Shown in pieces: positions 10,396 through 20,683 of a stretch of 64,000 nt of DNA. The first letter of the stretch is position 1; the number at the start of each line of letters is the position of its first letter. The DNA lies in contig OZ244044.1 of assembly GCA_965215275.1 (NCBI GenBank), positions 1,408,001 through 1,472,000 of the forward strand, written 5' to 3'. The position numbers and the translations under genes are program-made. The notes under the pieces are model-generated. The model searched no databases, was not told the origin of the DNA, and saw nothing but the letters and a program-made list of their open reading frames with translations. This DNA is from Thermodesulfobacteriota bacterium (GTDB lineage Bacteria > Desulfobacterota_D > UBA1144 > Nemesobacterales > JAJCZQ01).

Positions 10396-11542
10396 CCGTA
10401 TGCTGAAAAAGAGGTCGTCATTAACGGTTCTCATCTTGATACTGCTGGCAGGGATATACCTGTTTTTTTACAGCAGCGTTAGTCCCATATCTGAAGTCAG
10501 GGTCGCAACGGCTCTGGTCGACCGGGGGGATATAGTTTCTTCCGTAACTGCTAATGGAACGCTGGAACCTGATATGAGCCTGGAGATATATTCCGATCTG
10601 AACGGAATAATAGAAGGTGTTTTCTTTGATATAAACGGCAGGGTCAAAAAAGGCGACGTGCTTGCCGTAATAGAACCTGATCAGTTTAAAACCCAGCTTA
10701 AAGAAGCACAGGCTAAGTATAACAAGGCGTCTGCCGAGCTGAAGTTAAATAAAGACTCCTTCAATTCCGATAAAGTACTGTACCAGAAGAACCTGATCTC
10801 AAAGCAGGAATATAAAACGTCAAAGACAAGATATCAAAGTGCACTTGCACTCTTTCAGGAAGCCACCACCAATATAGAATCGGCCAGACAGAACCTGGAT
10901 AAAACGAAGATCAGAGCTCCAATCAGTGGAACGGTAATGTCAAAGAACGTCAGTACGGGTCAGATGGTTAAATACCTGACGGACTCCGGACCTTTGTTTA
11001 CCATTGCGAGCGACCTGAAAAAACTGTCCTTGATAGTTCACGTAAGTGAAGCAGATATTGGAAAGACCTCTCTGGATCAGTCCGTTAATTTTAAAGTAAG
11101 TGCATATCCTGAAAAGCCGTTCAATGGTAAAGTGATAAAAATAAGTCATTCACCAAGCAGAGATAAGGATATCGTTACCTATGACGTTACTGCGGAAGTG
11201 GACAATTCAGAGTTAAAACTGAAACCGGGTATGACGGCTGAAGTTAAAATAATCGTCTCTGATAAAAAAGACGTTCTGAGGGTTCCCACTTCTGCGTTGA
11301 GGTTTATACCAGACAACGTTAACCCTCATGAAGGCCGGTTTGATGATACACAGTCGGTATGGATAAGGGGATCAAATGGTAAGATCACAAAAACGCCGGT
11401 AGATATAGGTATAAGTAACAATGAGTTTAGTGAAATTCTGAATGATTCGCTCAGAGAAGGGCAGGAGGTCGTGGTTGAAAGTTACTCTGACAGTAAAAAT
11501 ACCAAATCCATTCTTACCCTTCCTCAGCCTAAAAGGTTTTAA
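10382..11542 (+). CDS. Efflux periplasmic adaptor (MacA-like)
   Basis: VKKGDVLA, IRAPISGTV, LKPGMTAEV motifs. Confidence 0.9.
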   Translation: MEKINRMLKKRSSLTVLILILLAGIYLFFYSSVSPISEVRVATALVDRGDIVSSVTANGTLEPDMSLEIYSDLNGIIEGVFFDINGRVKKGDVLAVIEPDQFKTQLKEAQAKYNKASAELKLNKDSFNSDKVLYQKNLISKQEYKTSKTRYQSALALFQEATTNIESARQNLDKTKIRAPISGTVMSKNVSTGQMVKYLTDSGPLFTIASDLKKLSLIVHVSEADIGKTSLDQSVNFKVSAYPEKPFNGKVIKISHSPSRDKDIVTYDVTAEVDNSELKLKPGMTAEVKIIVSDKKDVLRVPTSALRFIPDNVNPHEGRFDDTQSVWIRGSNGKITKTPVDIGISNNEFSEILNDSLREGQEVVVESYSDSKNTKSILTLPQPKRF

Positions 11543-12226
11543 ATGAGCGAATTGATACGTACTGATGATCTTACCAAGACCTATTTTATGGGCAGCGTTA
11601 AGATCGAGGCACTTAAAAATATCAATATAAGGGTAGATTCCGGAGATTTTGTTTCTATTATGGGTTCTTCAGGATCTGGGAAGAGCACTTTGATGAACGT
11701 GCTTGGGTGTCTGGACGTACCAACTTCAGGAAATTATTTTTTCAAGGGAAAAAACATATCCAACTTGAAAAAAGACGACCTGTCCTTTATCAGGAACAGG
11801 GAAATAGGCTTTGTTTTTCAGAACTTTAATCTGCTGAGTAAAACCTCTTCGTTAGAGAACGTGGAAATGCCGCTCATTTATAAAGGCGTGGAGACTGGCA
11901 AGAGAAAGGAACTGTCCGCAAGGGCATTGAAATTGGTTGGTTTGCAGGACAGGGAAGATCATATTCCAAGTCAGTTATCAGGTGGACAGCAGCAGAGGGT
12001 GGCGATCGCAAGAGCGATCGTTAATGATCCGGGACTGATACTGGCGGATGAGCCGACGGGTAATTTAGATACTAAAACCAGCTACGAGATCATGAAAATA
12101 TTCAAGAAGCTCAACCAGAATGGAAGAACCATAATAATGATAACGCACGAGAACGATATAGCATCTTTTGCCAGTAGTAAATTAGTTATCCGTGACGGTT
12201 TATTAACGGAAAAAGAAAGCAGTTAG
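11543..12226 (+). CDS. ABC transporter ATP-binding protein (MacB/LolD-type)
   Basis: [34 protein letters not shown]. Confidence 0.9.
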   Translation: MSELIRTDDLTKTYFMGSVKIEALKNINIRVDSGDFVSIMGSSGSGKSTLMNVLGCLDVPTSGNYFFKGKNISNLKKDDLSFIRNREIGFVFQNFNLLSKTSSLENVEMPLIYKGVETGKRKELSARALKLVGLQDREDHIPSQLSGGQQQRVAIARAIVNDPGLILADEPTGNLDTKTSYEIMKIFKKLNQNGRTIIMITHENDIASFASSKLVIRDGLLTEKESS

Positions 12227-14058
12227 TATGCCAGAATTAAACTGTTGTTCCCGCTGATGGTGATATCTGAAAAGTTATCGCCGTTGGTGTCCAGAACGTT
12301 GTTTATATTACTGCCGAACGAGGAAATATTATCAGAAGAAGGTGATATCACATGATCAGCTATACCTGAAACTGTGTGTTCTGTACCGTCTGTATGATCG
12401 TACCCGCCAAAGATCAAGTACACCTTTCCTTTATCATTATCAGATCCCGGAGCACCTATTGCAATGTCCGCGTTACGCTGGGTCTGCGTAAGTACATTGG
12501 CCGTTCTCCTCCGGTCAATTCCAGTTGCCGGGTTCAGGTCAGGAATAACGACCAGTCCCGTGCCCAGCTTGTCTCCGTCTTCCTCTCCATTTATTTTTAA
12601 AGTGAACTCCGTGTGATCGATCTCCCGGTCGTTGTCAGCAACTGCTTCATTTAAAACTTCGTCTGAGTATATAAATACCGAACCCCTGTCGCTTATAGAG
12701 GATGGGGCCGATACGACCACGTCGGTGTTTTGCCTGATACCATCAATGTCGAAACCCCCTCCGACCACTTCGCCAAAACCGTCCGTCGAATTACCTGATA
12801 TTGTCAGCACGTCGTTCATATTTTCCTCTGCAAGGCTGGCAAGGTTAAACGTTCCCGTGTTGAAAAATATGTATACCCGTCCTTTGCCGGGAGCACCGAC
12901 TATGAGTTCATTCGGGACCGAAGAATTGATCCTTCCGCCGTCAGCGATGGAGTAACCGAATTTCTCTCCTGCTTCTTTCCCGGTCATGATCTCCTCGGCC
13001 GTCTCAGCATCTGTTTGCTCCAGTAAACCGTTACCGAGGAACCTGTAAACTTTGCCAGTTTCACTTAAAGCACCTGGAGCACTTACAAAAAAGTTGTTAA
13101 ATCCTTGCTGTACGATCTTGGATCCGAACTGATCACCGGCGGATTCTCCCGTTATGATAAACCTTGCGGACTCACCAGGGTCGGACCTCATGTCGATCGT
13201 GGAAGGTAAATTTCCACTGCCTTCAAGTATAAATACCTGCCCTTTGCCGTTCAGGGCTCCCGGAGCACCTATTGCAAATTCCTCATAACGAAAAGCTCCG
13301 CTTATATTACCGATTCCGCTGACCGAAGAACCAAATTCGTCCTGTCGTCTTCCAGTGATCGTAACGTCGGCGTTATCCACGTCAATGTTTTCCATGTTCC
13401 TTGCGATATCTGCCCCGCCTATAAATATATATACCTTTCCCAGGCAAGGGTCACCGATGATAATATCCCTGTTTATATCACCCTGATCTTCCCCAGTCCC
13501 AACTGTAAACTCCCCGTAAGATGCCGCGTTACCCAGACAGCCACTGCTTTCGCCTGTAAAATTGGCGGTGACCAGCTGGGAAGTTACCTCAAGGACGTTT
13601 GATGGCGGAGAGCTGTTCCCGGTTTCATCATTTGCAACGATAGAGTAGAAATATTTATTATCAGGTCCTGAAATGTTAAATCTCGGTACGGCGATCAGTT
13701 CCGGCAGTCCTGCGTTTTTTGGCAGCAGGAACCTGGGCAGCTGAGTGGCAAGATCAAAATTGTTCTCAACGGCCTGCTGTATCCGGGTATCAGCTATTCC
13801 GTTCAGTGATCCCGTTTCTAATATTTCCTCTACCTGCTCTTCAGTGAAAAACCTGAGCAGGTACAGGCTTGCCTTTCCTGAATTACCATCATCACCTGGG
13901 GACGTCCATCTGAAGAGTTTATCGTTTGAAGAGATACTGAAGTCATCTATCTGAGCAGGAGGAGAATCATCCCCCACGGCACATGCCATGACGAAAATAA
14001 CCGAGAGATTTAAAGCCATTCTGTAATATTTATTAAAAAGCCGTTTTAACTTGTTCAT
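12223..14058 (-). CDS. FG-GAP (integrin-alpha beta-propeller) repeat lipoprotein with FN3-like N-terminal domain
   Basis: Repeated FG...IGAPG...GKVY units; lipobox-like VMAC; WTSPGDDG...ANDETGNSS FN3-like segment. Confidence 0.75.
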   Translation of the reverse strand: MNKLKRLFNKYYRMALNLSVIFVMACAVGDDSPPAQIDDFSISSNDKLFRWTSPGDDGNSGKASLYLLRFFTEEQVEEILETGSLNGIADTRIQQAVENNFDLATQLPRFLLPKNAGLPELIAVPRFNISGPDNKYFYSIVANDETGNSSPPSNVLEVTSQLVTANFTGESSGCLGNAASYGEFTVGTGEDQGDINRDIIIGDPCLGKVYIFIGGADIARNMENIDVDNADVTITGRRQDEFGSSVSGIGNISGAFRYEEFAIGAPGALNGKGQVFILEGSGNLPSTIDMRSDPGESARFIITGESAGDQFGSKIVQQGFNNFFVSAPGALSETGKVYRFLGNGLLEQTDAETAEEIMTGKEAGEKFGYSIADGGRINSSVPNELIVGAPGKGRVYIFFNTGTFNLASLAEENMNDVLTISGNSTDGFGEVVGGGFDIDGIRQNTDVVVSAPSSISDRGSVFIYSDEVLNEAVADNDREIDHTEFTLKINGEEDGDKLGTGLVVIPDLNPATGIDRRRTANVLTQTQRNADIAIGAPGSDNDKGKVYLIFGGYDHTDGTEHTVSGIADHVISPSSDNISSFGSNINNVLDTNGDNFSDITISGNNSLILAY

Positions 14059-14210
14059 TAATTCTCCTTAAAAAATAAGTAGGGAGTGAGTTTACCGATA
14101 ATGTGGGATTTTTCTATTATTGTGTGTCGTTTCAGTTCAGCGGTAAGGTCCAGGATATGTTTTCCCTTAAAGGTCCGGTACGGTTAAGAAAGATAAAATC
14201 AAGTGCAGTG

Positions 14211-14780
14211 CTACTTTTTAACCCTTTCCAGGTAATTGCCGTTTCTCGTGTCGACCTTTATTACGTCTCCGATGTTTATAAAAAGAGGAACGTTCACGAC
14301 AAATCCGGTCTCAATAGTGGCTGGCTTGGTCGTACTTGAAACTGTATCACCTTTTACTCCCGGTTCTGCGTAACTTACTTTAAATTCGTCAGAGATAGGC
14401 AGTTCAATACCAACGGGTTTATCGTTGTAAAACTGCACCTGGACTTCCTGTTGCTCTTTCAGGAAATTCGCCGCCTCTCCCACCTGTTCCTCACTGAAGT
14501 TTATCTGCTCATAGCTTTGGGTATCCATAAAGTTAAAACCCATATCATCTTTATACAGGAACTGCATTTTTCTACGCTCAATGTCTGGAACGTTAAAAGT
14601 GTCCCCCGACCTGAATTTTTTTTCCTGTACGGCACCCGTGGATATGTTCTTTATCTTTGTTGTTACGATCGCTCCCATCCTTCCCATTTTTGAACTTGTG
14701 TGTTCAACGATTTCCCAGATGCTCCCATCCAGTTCGATCTTCATCCCTTTGTAGAACCTGCTTGTGTCAACTACGGCCAT
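14211..14780 (-). CDS. efp: Elongation factor P
   Basis: KFRSGD, EPGVKGDT, KPATIETG, VPLFI...VDTR. Confidence 0.95.
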   Translation of the reverse strand: MAVVDTSRFYKGMKIELDGSIWEIVEHTSSKMGRMGAIVTTKIKNISTGAVQEKKFRSGDTFNVPDIERRKMQFLYKDDMGFNFMDTQSYEQINFSEEQVGEAANFLKEQQEVQVQFYNDKPVGIELPISDEFKVSYAEPGVKGDTVSSTTKPATIETGFVVNVPLFINIGDVIKVDTRNGNYLERVKK

Positions 14781-15373
14781 CAGTGTTCAGCCTCCTCTTT
14801 AACTGACTTCTGGAACCCGCTTTCCACCAGTTCGCATATTATATGGGCAACCGTTATATGTACTTCCTGGATCCTTGCTGCCGATTCAGAAGGTACAGGG
14901 ATGATACAGTCTGATATTGCTTTCAGTTCTGCGGTATACCGTCCGGTAAAAGCTATTGTTTTCAGCTCCAGTTCCATGGACCTTGTAAGTCCGTTCAGTA
15001 CGTTCTGGGATCTTCCGCTGGTAGTGATACCGATTGCGACGTCATTTTCTTTGCCAATGGCCTCGACCTGCCGGGAAAAGATATTTTCAAGACCGCTGTC
15101 ATTAGCTATGGAAGTGATAATGGACGAGTCGGTCGTCAGTGCAATGGCAGGTAGGGGATCTCTGTCTGCTTGGAACCGGTTTACGAACTCCGCCGCTATA
15201 TGCTGGGAATCCGCTGCGCTTCCGCCGTTTCCGAATATCAGTATTTTTCCTCCTGATCTCAGGCATTTATCCACGATGTTTACCGCATGCTCCACGTTCA
15301 CTATGGACTCTCTGGCAAATTCTGACTTCAGGTCGGCACTTTCCTGAAGTATTGAATTAATTCTTTCTTTCAA
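14780..15373 (-). CDS. gmhA: D-sedoheptulose 7-phosphate isomerase
   Basis: FGNGGSAADSQHIAAE, IANDSG, ARIQEVHI; likely TTG start at 15373 after GGAGG. Confidence 0.9.
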   Translation of the reverse strand: MKERINSILQESADLKSEFARESIVNVEHAVNIVDKCLRSGGKILIFGNGGSAADSQHIAAEFVNRFQADRDPLPAIALTTDSSIITSIANDSGLENIFSRQVEAIGKENDVAIGITTSGRSQNVLNGLTRSMELELKTIAFTGRYTAELKAISDCIIPVPSESAARIQEVHITVAHIICELVESGFQKSVKEEAEH

Positions 15374-15374
15374 C

Positions 15375-17189
15375 TCAGGTCCTCCCGAACATCTTTTCAA
15401 GTTCTTTGTGTGTAATTATCCTGGCCACTGGTCTTCCGTGCGGACATGAAGATGAAAATTCCGCTTTATCCAGACTGATCAGAAGTGCTTTGATCTTATC
15501 TTTATCTAAAACCTCGTTTGCTCTGATCGAACCGTGACATGATATAGTGGCAAAAACAAGATCGAGCATGTTATTAAAACTCTTGCTTTCCTTGAGTTCA
15601 TCAAGTTCTAAAAGTATATCTGTAAAAACGTCTTTGACGTTTACTGATCTGAGGAGCGCCGGGACGCTGTTTATTCTGATAGTGGAACTGCCGAACGGTT
15701 CTGCTTCAAAACCGAGCTGGGTCAGATCGGTTTTATGTTTTTGAAAGAGTTCCATCTCCTTGGGTGACAGGTCGAGAATATCGGGCATTAAAAGTTCCTG
15801 GCTTTGGAGCTTTCCGGATCTCAGATAGTTTTTTCTTTGTATTTCATAATTTACTCTCTCATGTGCTGCATGTTGATCAATGAGTACGAGACCTTTTTGT
15901 GTTTCACAGACGATATAGAGTGTTCCGACCTGACCTATGATCTTCATACTTGAGAAATATCCCTCATTTTCAAAAAACCGTTTATCTTCGGTCTGAGTAT
16001 CGACCTGGATAACTTCCGGGTCATGCGTCTGCACGTGCTGACCGGTAAAGTATTTGAGGTTTTTGCTTTCTGATGTTCGTTCTCTCTCGTGTTTAAAAGG
16101 TGGTCTGTTCTCTGAATACCCCTTATTATAGGAGCGGTCTTTATAACTTTCGTAGAGCTTTTCACGTATGGATGGTCTGATGTGTCCGTCCTTTGTGTTC
16201 AGTATCCAGGGTGCGGTGCTTAACATTTCCGTAAGGGAACTTTTGATGACACTGCCCACCAGGCCTTGTTCCCTGAACTTTATTTCATGCTTGGTTGGAT
16301 GAACGTTAACGTCCACGTCATTTTTTGGTACGTTAATAAAGAGCGCTCCCTGCGGGAACTTACCTCTGGGAAGCATCTTTTCATATGCGGCCATTATCAT
16401 TCTTGTAACAAAACGGTCTTTAACGGGTCTGGAATTTACGTAAGTGTAAAGCTTCTGGGTATTTGACCTGCCTTCAAGCGGGCTGCTCATACAGCCACTG
16501 ACCTCCATATTACCAGCAATATAGTTTACTTCATAGAGCTCGCAGTTCTTTACTATCTCCTTAACCCTGCTTATAACGTTGTCTTTTGAAGCGAACCTGA
16601 AAACGGACCTGTTATTGTGGTAGACCTCAAATGTCACGTCGGGATTTGCAATGGCTTCCCTCTGGATGGTTTCGACAATATTGATGAACTCGGTCTCGTT
16701 GCTTTTTAAGAACTTCAGTCTTGGAGGTGTGTTAAAAAAAAGATTTTTTACCTCTACCGTGGTTCCTGCCGGACATCCTGAATCTTCCACTCGCCTGATC
16801 TTACCTCCCTCCACGAAGATAGATACGCCTGAGTCGTTCTCATAATATCGTGTCAGCAGCCTAAAACGCGATACACTTGCGATACTTGAAAGTGCTTCCC
16901 CTCGAAATCCCAGCGTTCTCAATGAAAAAAGGTCATCAACGCAGTTGATCTTACTCGTGGCGTGACGTTCTAAGCTCATTAAAGCGTCGTCCTTTGACAT
17001 ACCGGTGCCGTCATCGGTTACTGAAATGAGTTTCTTACCCCCGGACTCGATCACCACTTTTATTTTTTCTGCCTCAGCGTCTAAGGAGTTTTCGATCAGT
17101 TCCTTCACGACCGACGAAGGCCTTTCCACTACCTCTCCTGCAGCAATCTTGGATACTAAAACGTCGGGAAGAATCTTTATTTCGGACAT
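15375..17189 (-). CDS. mutL: DNA mismatch repair endonuclease MutL
   Basis: IAAGEVVERP, TLGFRGEAL, DVNVHPTK, DQHAAHER, CPHGRP. Confidence 0.97.
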   Translation of the reverse strand: MSEIKILPDVLVSKIAAGEVVERPSSVVKELIENSLDAEAEKIKVVIESGGKKLISVTDDGTGMSKDDALMSLERHATSKINCVDDLFSLRTLGFRGEALSSIASVSRFRLLTRYYENDSGVSIFVEGGKIRRVEDSGCPAGTTVEVKNLFFNTPPRLKFLKSNETEFINIVETIQREAIANPDVTFEVYHNNRSVFRFASKDNVISRVKEIVKNCELYEVNYIAGNMEVSGCMSSPLEGRSNTQKLYTYVNSRPVKDRFVTRMIMAAYEKMLPRGKFPQGALFINVPKNDVDVNVHPTKHEIKFREQGLVGSVIKSSLTEMLSTAPWILNTKDGHIRPSIREKLYESYKDRSYNKGYSENRPPFKHERERTSESKNLKYFTGQHVQTHDPEVIQVDTQTEDKRFFENEGYFSSMKIIGQVGTLYIVCETQKGLVLIDQHAAHERVNYEIQRKNYLRSGKLQSQELLMPDILDLSPKEMELFQKHKTDLTQLGFEAEPFGSSTIRINSVPALLRSVNVKDVFTDILLELDELKESKSFNNMLDLVFATISCHGSIRANEVLDKDKIKALLISLDKAEFSSSCPHGRPVARIITHKELEKMFGRT

Positions 17190-17395
17190 GATCTGTAAGT
17201 TCAATTGTACAAAACCGATCTTCCTTAGTCAAAGAATGAATTAAGCTCGGTGAAAACAGTTTTATAACCGTGTATTATCCTGCCGATCTTTTTCGGGTTT
17301 AAGGAAAACCAAGTAATGAAATCGTAATTAAATCTCCTTTTTATTATTTTTTAAGTATACTTCACCTTCTGGAATTCGGATTCGGATAAAGTGTT

Positions 17396-18553
17396 ATGTT
17401 AACGAGGACTTTTCAATTTTTCGGCTTATTACTTTTATTTCTGACGATCTTTTTTATATGCTCGTATAAAAATTCATACGGAGAGACCGTCAGTGCAGAT
17501 AAGATAGTTGTTAAGGACTACACGTGGTATTCCTCAAGCGTTGGTTCGCGGGGAATTCTGAGAGATATAACGCTTATAAATAAAAGTAACAAGACCTTTA
17601 AGAATATTGACATAGTGATCGATCTGTATTCCAGAAATGACGTCCCGCTCGGTTCTGTAACGAGCACGGTCGAAGGCACGCTCTCACCTGGGGAAGAGAA
17701 AACTTTTAAAAGGATTAAATTCGGGCTGATGCACGCAGATGTTCAGAAGTCTGTAGCCAGGGTGGCAAGGGCTGAGATAGTTAAGACCACGTCTGACATT
17801 TTGCCGGAAGAACTGATCCTGGTAAAGGGCTGGAAATGGCTAGGTAATCAGTTTGGAACTGAAGGGATACTTAAAGAGATAACGATCGAGAATACCAGCA
17901 ATAAAGACTATAAGAACATCAAGCTCAGTATCGTCAATAATCTTGGCAGAAAAACGGACACGAGCGGCAGAGAGCGGCATGTTACCAGTGTTGTTATCCG
18001 TGACGCTCTGCTGGCAAATTCAACTTCAACTTATACGAACGTCAACGTGGGGTTTATACATCCCGACTCTAAAAGTTTTAATATCTATGTTTCCGATGCC
18101 GAGAAAATAACTGAGAAAGAAGTCAGATATATGGTGCAGGAAAAACGGAAAAAGGATAAATATGAGATAACGGCAAGGGAACAGAGCGGAGATACTTATA
18201 AAGATGAGGATTACGTTGCAGGTGATGATGAGATAGCAATTCCCAAATATGATATTCAGGTAAAGGATTTTAAATGGGGAAGCGGTATCCTTGGTTCACA
18301 AGGGATTATCAGAGAGTTAACGCTCAGGAATACAAGTGGATTTGCTTACTCACCAATTGACTTTGAGGTTGAATTCCTCTCTTCCACGGGAATAATCCTT
18401 GCGTCAAACAGTTTCACGCTTACGCAGGTTCTCCCACCTCGTTCAACAAAAACCTACAGGAACATAAAGTTAGGCGTGATCGTGGTTTTTCCCAGCGAAA
18501 AGAACATGAGAATCACGGTTAAGAATGCAGCACCAAAGGAACGTGCTGAATAG
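17396..18553 (+). CDS. Secreted or membrane-anchored protein with three internal ~95-aa beta-rich repeats
   Basis: N-terminal hydrophobic segment; IxVKxxxW...GIxxxxTxxNxS unit occurs three times. Confidence 0.7.
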   Translation: MLTRTFQFFGLLLLFLTIFFICSYKNSYGETVSADKIVVKDYTWYSSSVGSRGILRDITLINKSNKTFKNIDIVIDLYSRNDVPLGSVTSTVEGTLSPGEEKTFKRIKFGLMHADVQKSVARVARAEIVKTTSDILPEELILVKGWKWLGNQFGTEGILKEITIENTSNKDYKNIKLSIVNNLGRKTDTSGRERHVTSVVIRDALLANSTSTYTNVNVGFIHPDSKSFNIYVSDAEKITEKEVRYMVQEKRKKDKYEITAREQSGDTYKDEDYVAGDDEIAIPKYDIQVKDFKWGSGILGSQGIIRELTLRNTSGFAYSPIDFEVEFLSSTGIILASNSFTLTQVLPPRSTKTYRNIKLGVIVVFPSEKNMRITVKNAAPKERAE

Positions 18554-18591
18554 TTTCTACTCTGGTCTGAACTGTGTTGTTGCTTTTGTGA

Positions 18592-18816
18592 TCAGTTAAG
18601 TCCGTTAATTAAAGAAGAAGCATCTTCTATTATTCCGCCAAGTTCTTCTTTGAAAGCGTTTACTCCGTCCAAAGGTACCACTATTGAGGAGCGGCCCCCG
18701 CTTCGCTCGGTTATTCTTAAATATTTGCCCTTTTGATTTTCTTTTATATCAAAAAAGAATCTCTTTTGTTCAATATCGACCTGCCTGCTTGCAAGTGTTT
18801 TTTCATTTCTTTCCAT
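18592..18816 (-). CDS. PUR (Pur-alpha-like) single-stranded nucleic-acid binding protein
   Basis: SRQVDIEQKRFFFDIKENQKGKYLRITERSGGRSSIVVP matches the PUR repeat pattern. Confidence 0.8.
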   Translation of the reverse strand: MERNEKTLASRQVDIEQKRFFFDIKENQKGKYLRITERSGGRSSIVVPLDGVNAFKEELGGIIEDASSLINGLN

Positions 18817-19341
18817 TACTGTGTTTTCACCTCACTCCATTTTTCCAACTACGGATTTTAAAATGGTAACCTTATAAGGTAAAAAATCAAGAGATGTAAG
18901 GAGAGCAGTGAAAATAATAAGTGCAGGTAAACCTGGTTTGTGCACAGTGCAGTATAAAGGAACCGTTAACTTAAACTGATTTTATTTCTCATATTCTGTT
19001 TTGAAGGTTAGTTGATGAAGTGGTAATTCCTTCTGGACCTCGTTCGCAGGTCAGATATGATCTGTCATTAATGAACGAACCCACATGCAGTGATCATACG
19101 GTTCTGAATAAGTTAAGTCTCAAACCGTGTCTCCAGGAATACGTAGAGGAGAGAAGTTAAGTTCAATGAAACTTAGTGAATTTATTGAAATAATAAAGAA
19201 AGAGAACTAAATAACTTTATCGTGAGGTGAATAACAGTTATATAGTATATAGATGGTAGTAGTGTTTTTATATAATATAATATTTGACAAGAGATAGTAT
19301 AATGTGATATACAATAATATTAAGAATAAGTTGGAGGAGAA

Positions 19342-20565
19342 ATGATGAAAAAGATTTTCGTTTTACTGTTAATGTTTACTTTGTTTGTTGCCGTTTCGTG
19401 TGATGACGACGAAGGCGTGCAAGGTGTAATAAGTTTACAGGATTTAAACAGTTATCAGATCCATCCTCTTGATGCAGATGGGAATGAGGTGGATGTAACG
19501 GATTTGAGTGAGTACAACAAAGGTGATGATGCACTTATCTTTGGGAAATTTGCAACTGTTCTGGACGACAGCAATTCAGGTTGGGCTGCCTATAGATATA
19601 CGTCTGATCCTACCGCTACTGGTGGTGTAACTGATGATGCTACTGATGCTACTGATTGTGATGCTGCCTATAAGGTTTCGTACTTCGAAAGGGCGGCACA
19701 AACAGAAAATATTAATCGTTTCGTAGGTGGAGGAATGTGTCTTGATTCTGGTAGTAACAGTAACACAGACGCTAGAGTTGAAAACCTGCGAGATTTGGTT
19801 GATGGTTATGTGGATGAGATAAGCACAGGAGGAACTGAAGCTATTGCTGATGGTGATGATGATACAATGGTAGATAATCATATTACGGCGGCCTGTACAA
19901 CTTATACGGATATACCAAATATACCAAGCTTAGGTTTGAATGACGAAATGGATGAGTTATACCTGTTTGTAGCGGAGTTAGTAGAAGGAGATGGTACAGC
20001 AGAAGCAGCAGCATTTTCAGTAAACATTGAATGTCATCCTAATGCAGATCTAGTTGATACAGATGCCTATGGACTTACAGATGATTATGGAAGGGCATTT
20101 ATAAAAGAAGTGGTAGATGAGTTAAGTAGTTTAGAACCCAATGATGGTACAAATTCTAATGATCAAGCGTTGATAGATGAAGGTGTCTGGAATGTATATG
20201 CATTTCCAAAACTTAATCAACCTGACACTTTATCTGATCCACCTAAACTCAGTTATTTCAGGATAGTTAATGATGTTGGTGCAAACGATAGAGACTTTAT
20301 AGTAGGGGCGGGGATCTATCTGGATAAAGATAACCCCAATGTCGACCCCAATAGCCTCACTAGGCTTGAAGTGATTAGAAACAGGGTTATCAATGCTGCT
20401 GGGCTCTTATTAGACGGAGAGGGCGAAAATGGTGCATTACCCGATATGTTTTTTGAGGACGAACCTGATACCGAGCCCGACGACCCCGACGATTTCTATT
20501 CGACGGTTGTAGATGCCACTACCGCAGTTCCTCAGGAATTCATTTTTGTCTGGGAAAGTCAGTAG
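19342..20565 (+). CDS. Acidic lipoprotein with two Cache-like domains
   Basis: Lipobox VAVSC; HP...GRAFIKE...W.VYAFP...KLSYF...FIVGAGIY plus a degenerate first copy; GGAGG SD. Confidence 0.65.
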   Translation: MMKKIFVLLLMFTLFVAVSCDDDEGVQGVISLQDLNSYQIHPLDADGNEVDVTDLSEYNKGDDALIFGKFATVLDDSNSGWAAYRYTSDPTATGGVTDDATDATDCDAAYKVSYFERAAQTENINRFVGGGMCLDSGSNSNTDARVENLRDLVDGYVDEISTGGTEAIADGDDDTMVDNHITAACTTYTDIPNIPSLGLNDEMDELYLFVAELVEGDGTAEAAAFSVNIECHPNADLVDTDAYGLTDDYGRAFIKEVVDELSSLEPNDGTNSNDQALIDEGVWNVYAFPKLNQPDTLSDPPKLSYFRIVNDVGANDRDFIVGAGIYLDKDNPNVDPNSLTRLEVIRNRVINAAGLLLDGEGENGALPDMFFEDEPDTEPDDPDDFYSTVVDATTAVPQEFIFVWESQ

Positions 20566-20632
20566 TTCTTGGTAGTTTTTCATTCTCGAGCGATCAGCAA
20601 GAGATGATGTGACGGATGTATTATAAGAATGT

Positions 20633-20683
20633 AAACAGGGTTGATTGAGCGTCATACTGATGGTCGGTTAACCCTGTTTTTTT
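20633..20683 (+). terminator. Intrinsic terminator-like hairpin after the Cache lipoprotein gene
   Basis: AAACAGGGTTGATTGA pairs with TCGGTTAACCCTGTTT (including G-U pairs), followed by a T run. Confidence 0.55.

Noticed and set aside
19238..19246. TTATATAGT shared with the TIR core
   Set aside because: A 9-bp match in very AT-rich DNA that lacks the terminal GGAA.
18840..19340. Possible ncRNA or riboswitch in the long intergenic gap
   Set aside because: Only isolated short hairpins and no family motif I can recognise; an Rfam scan would be needed.
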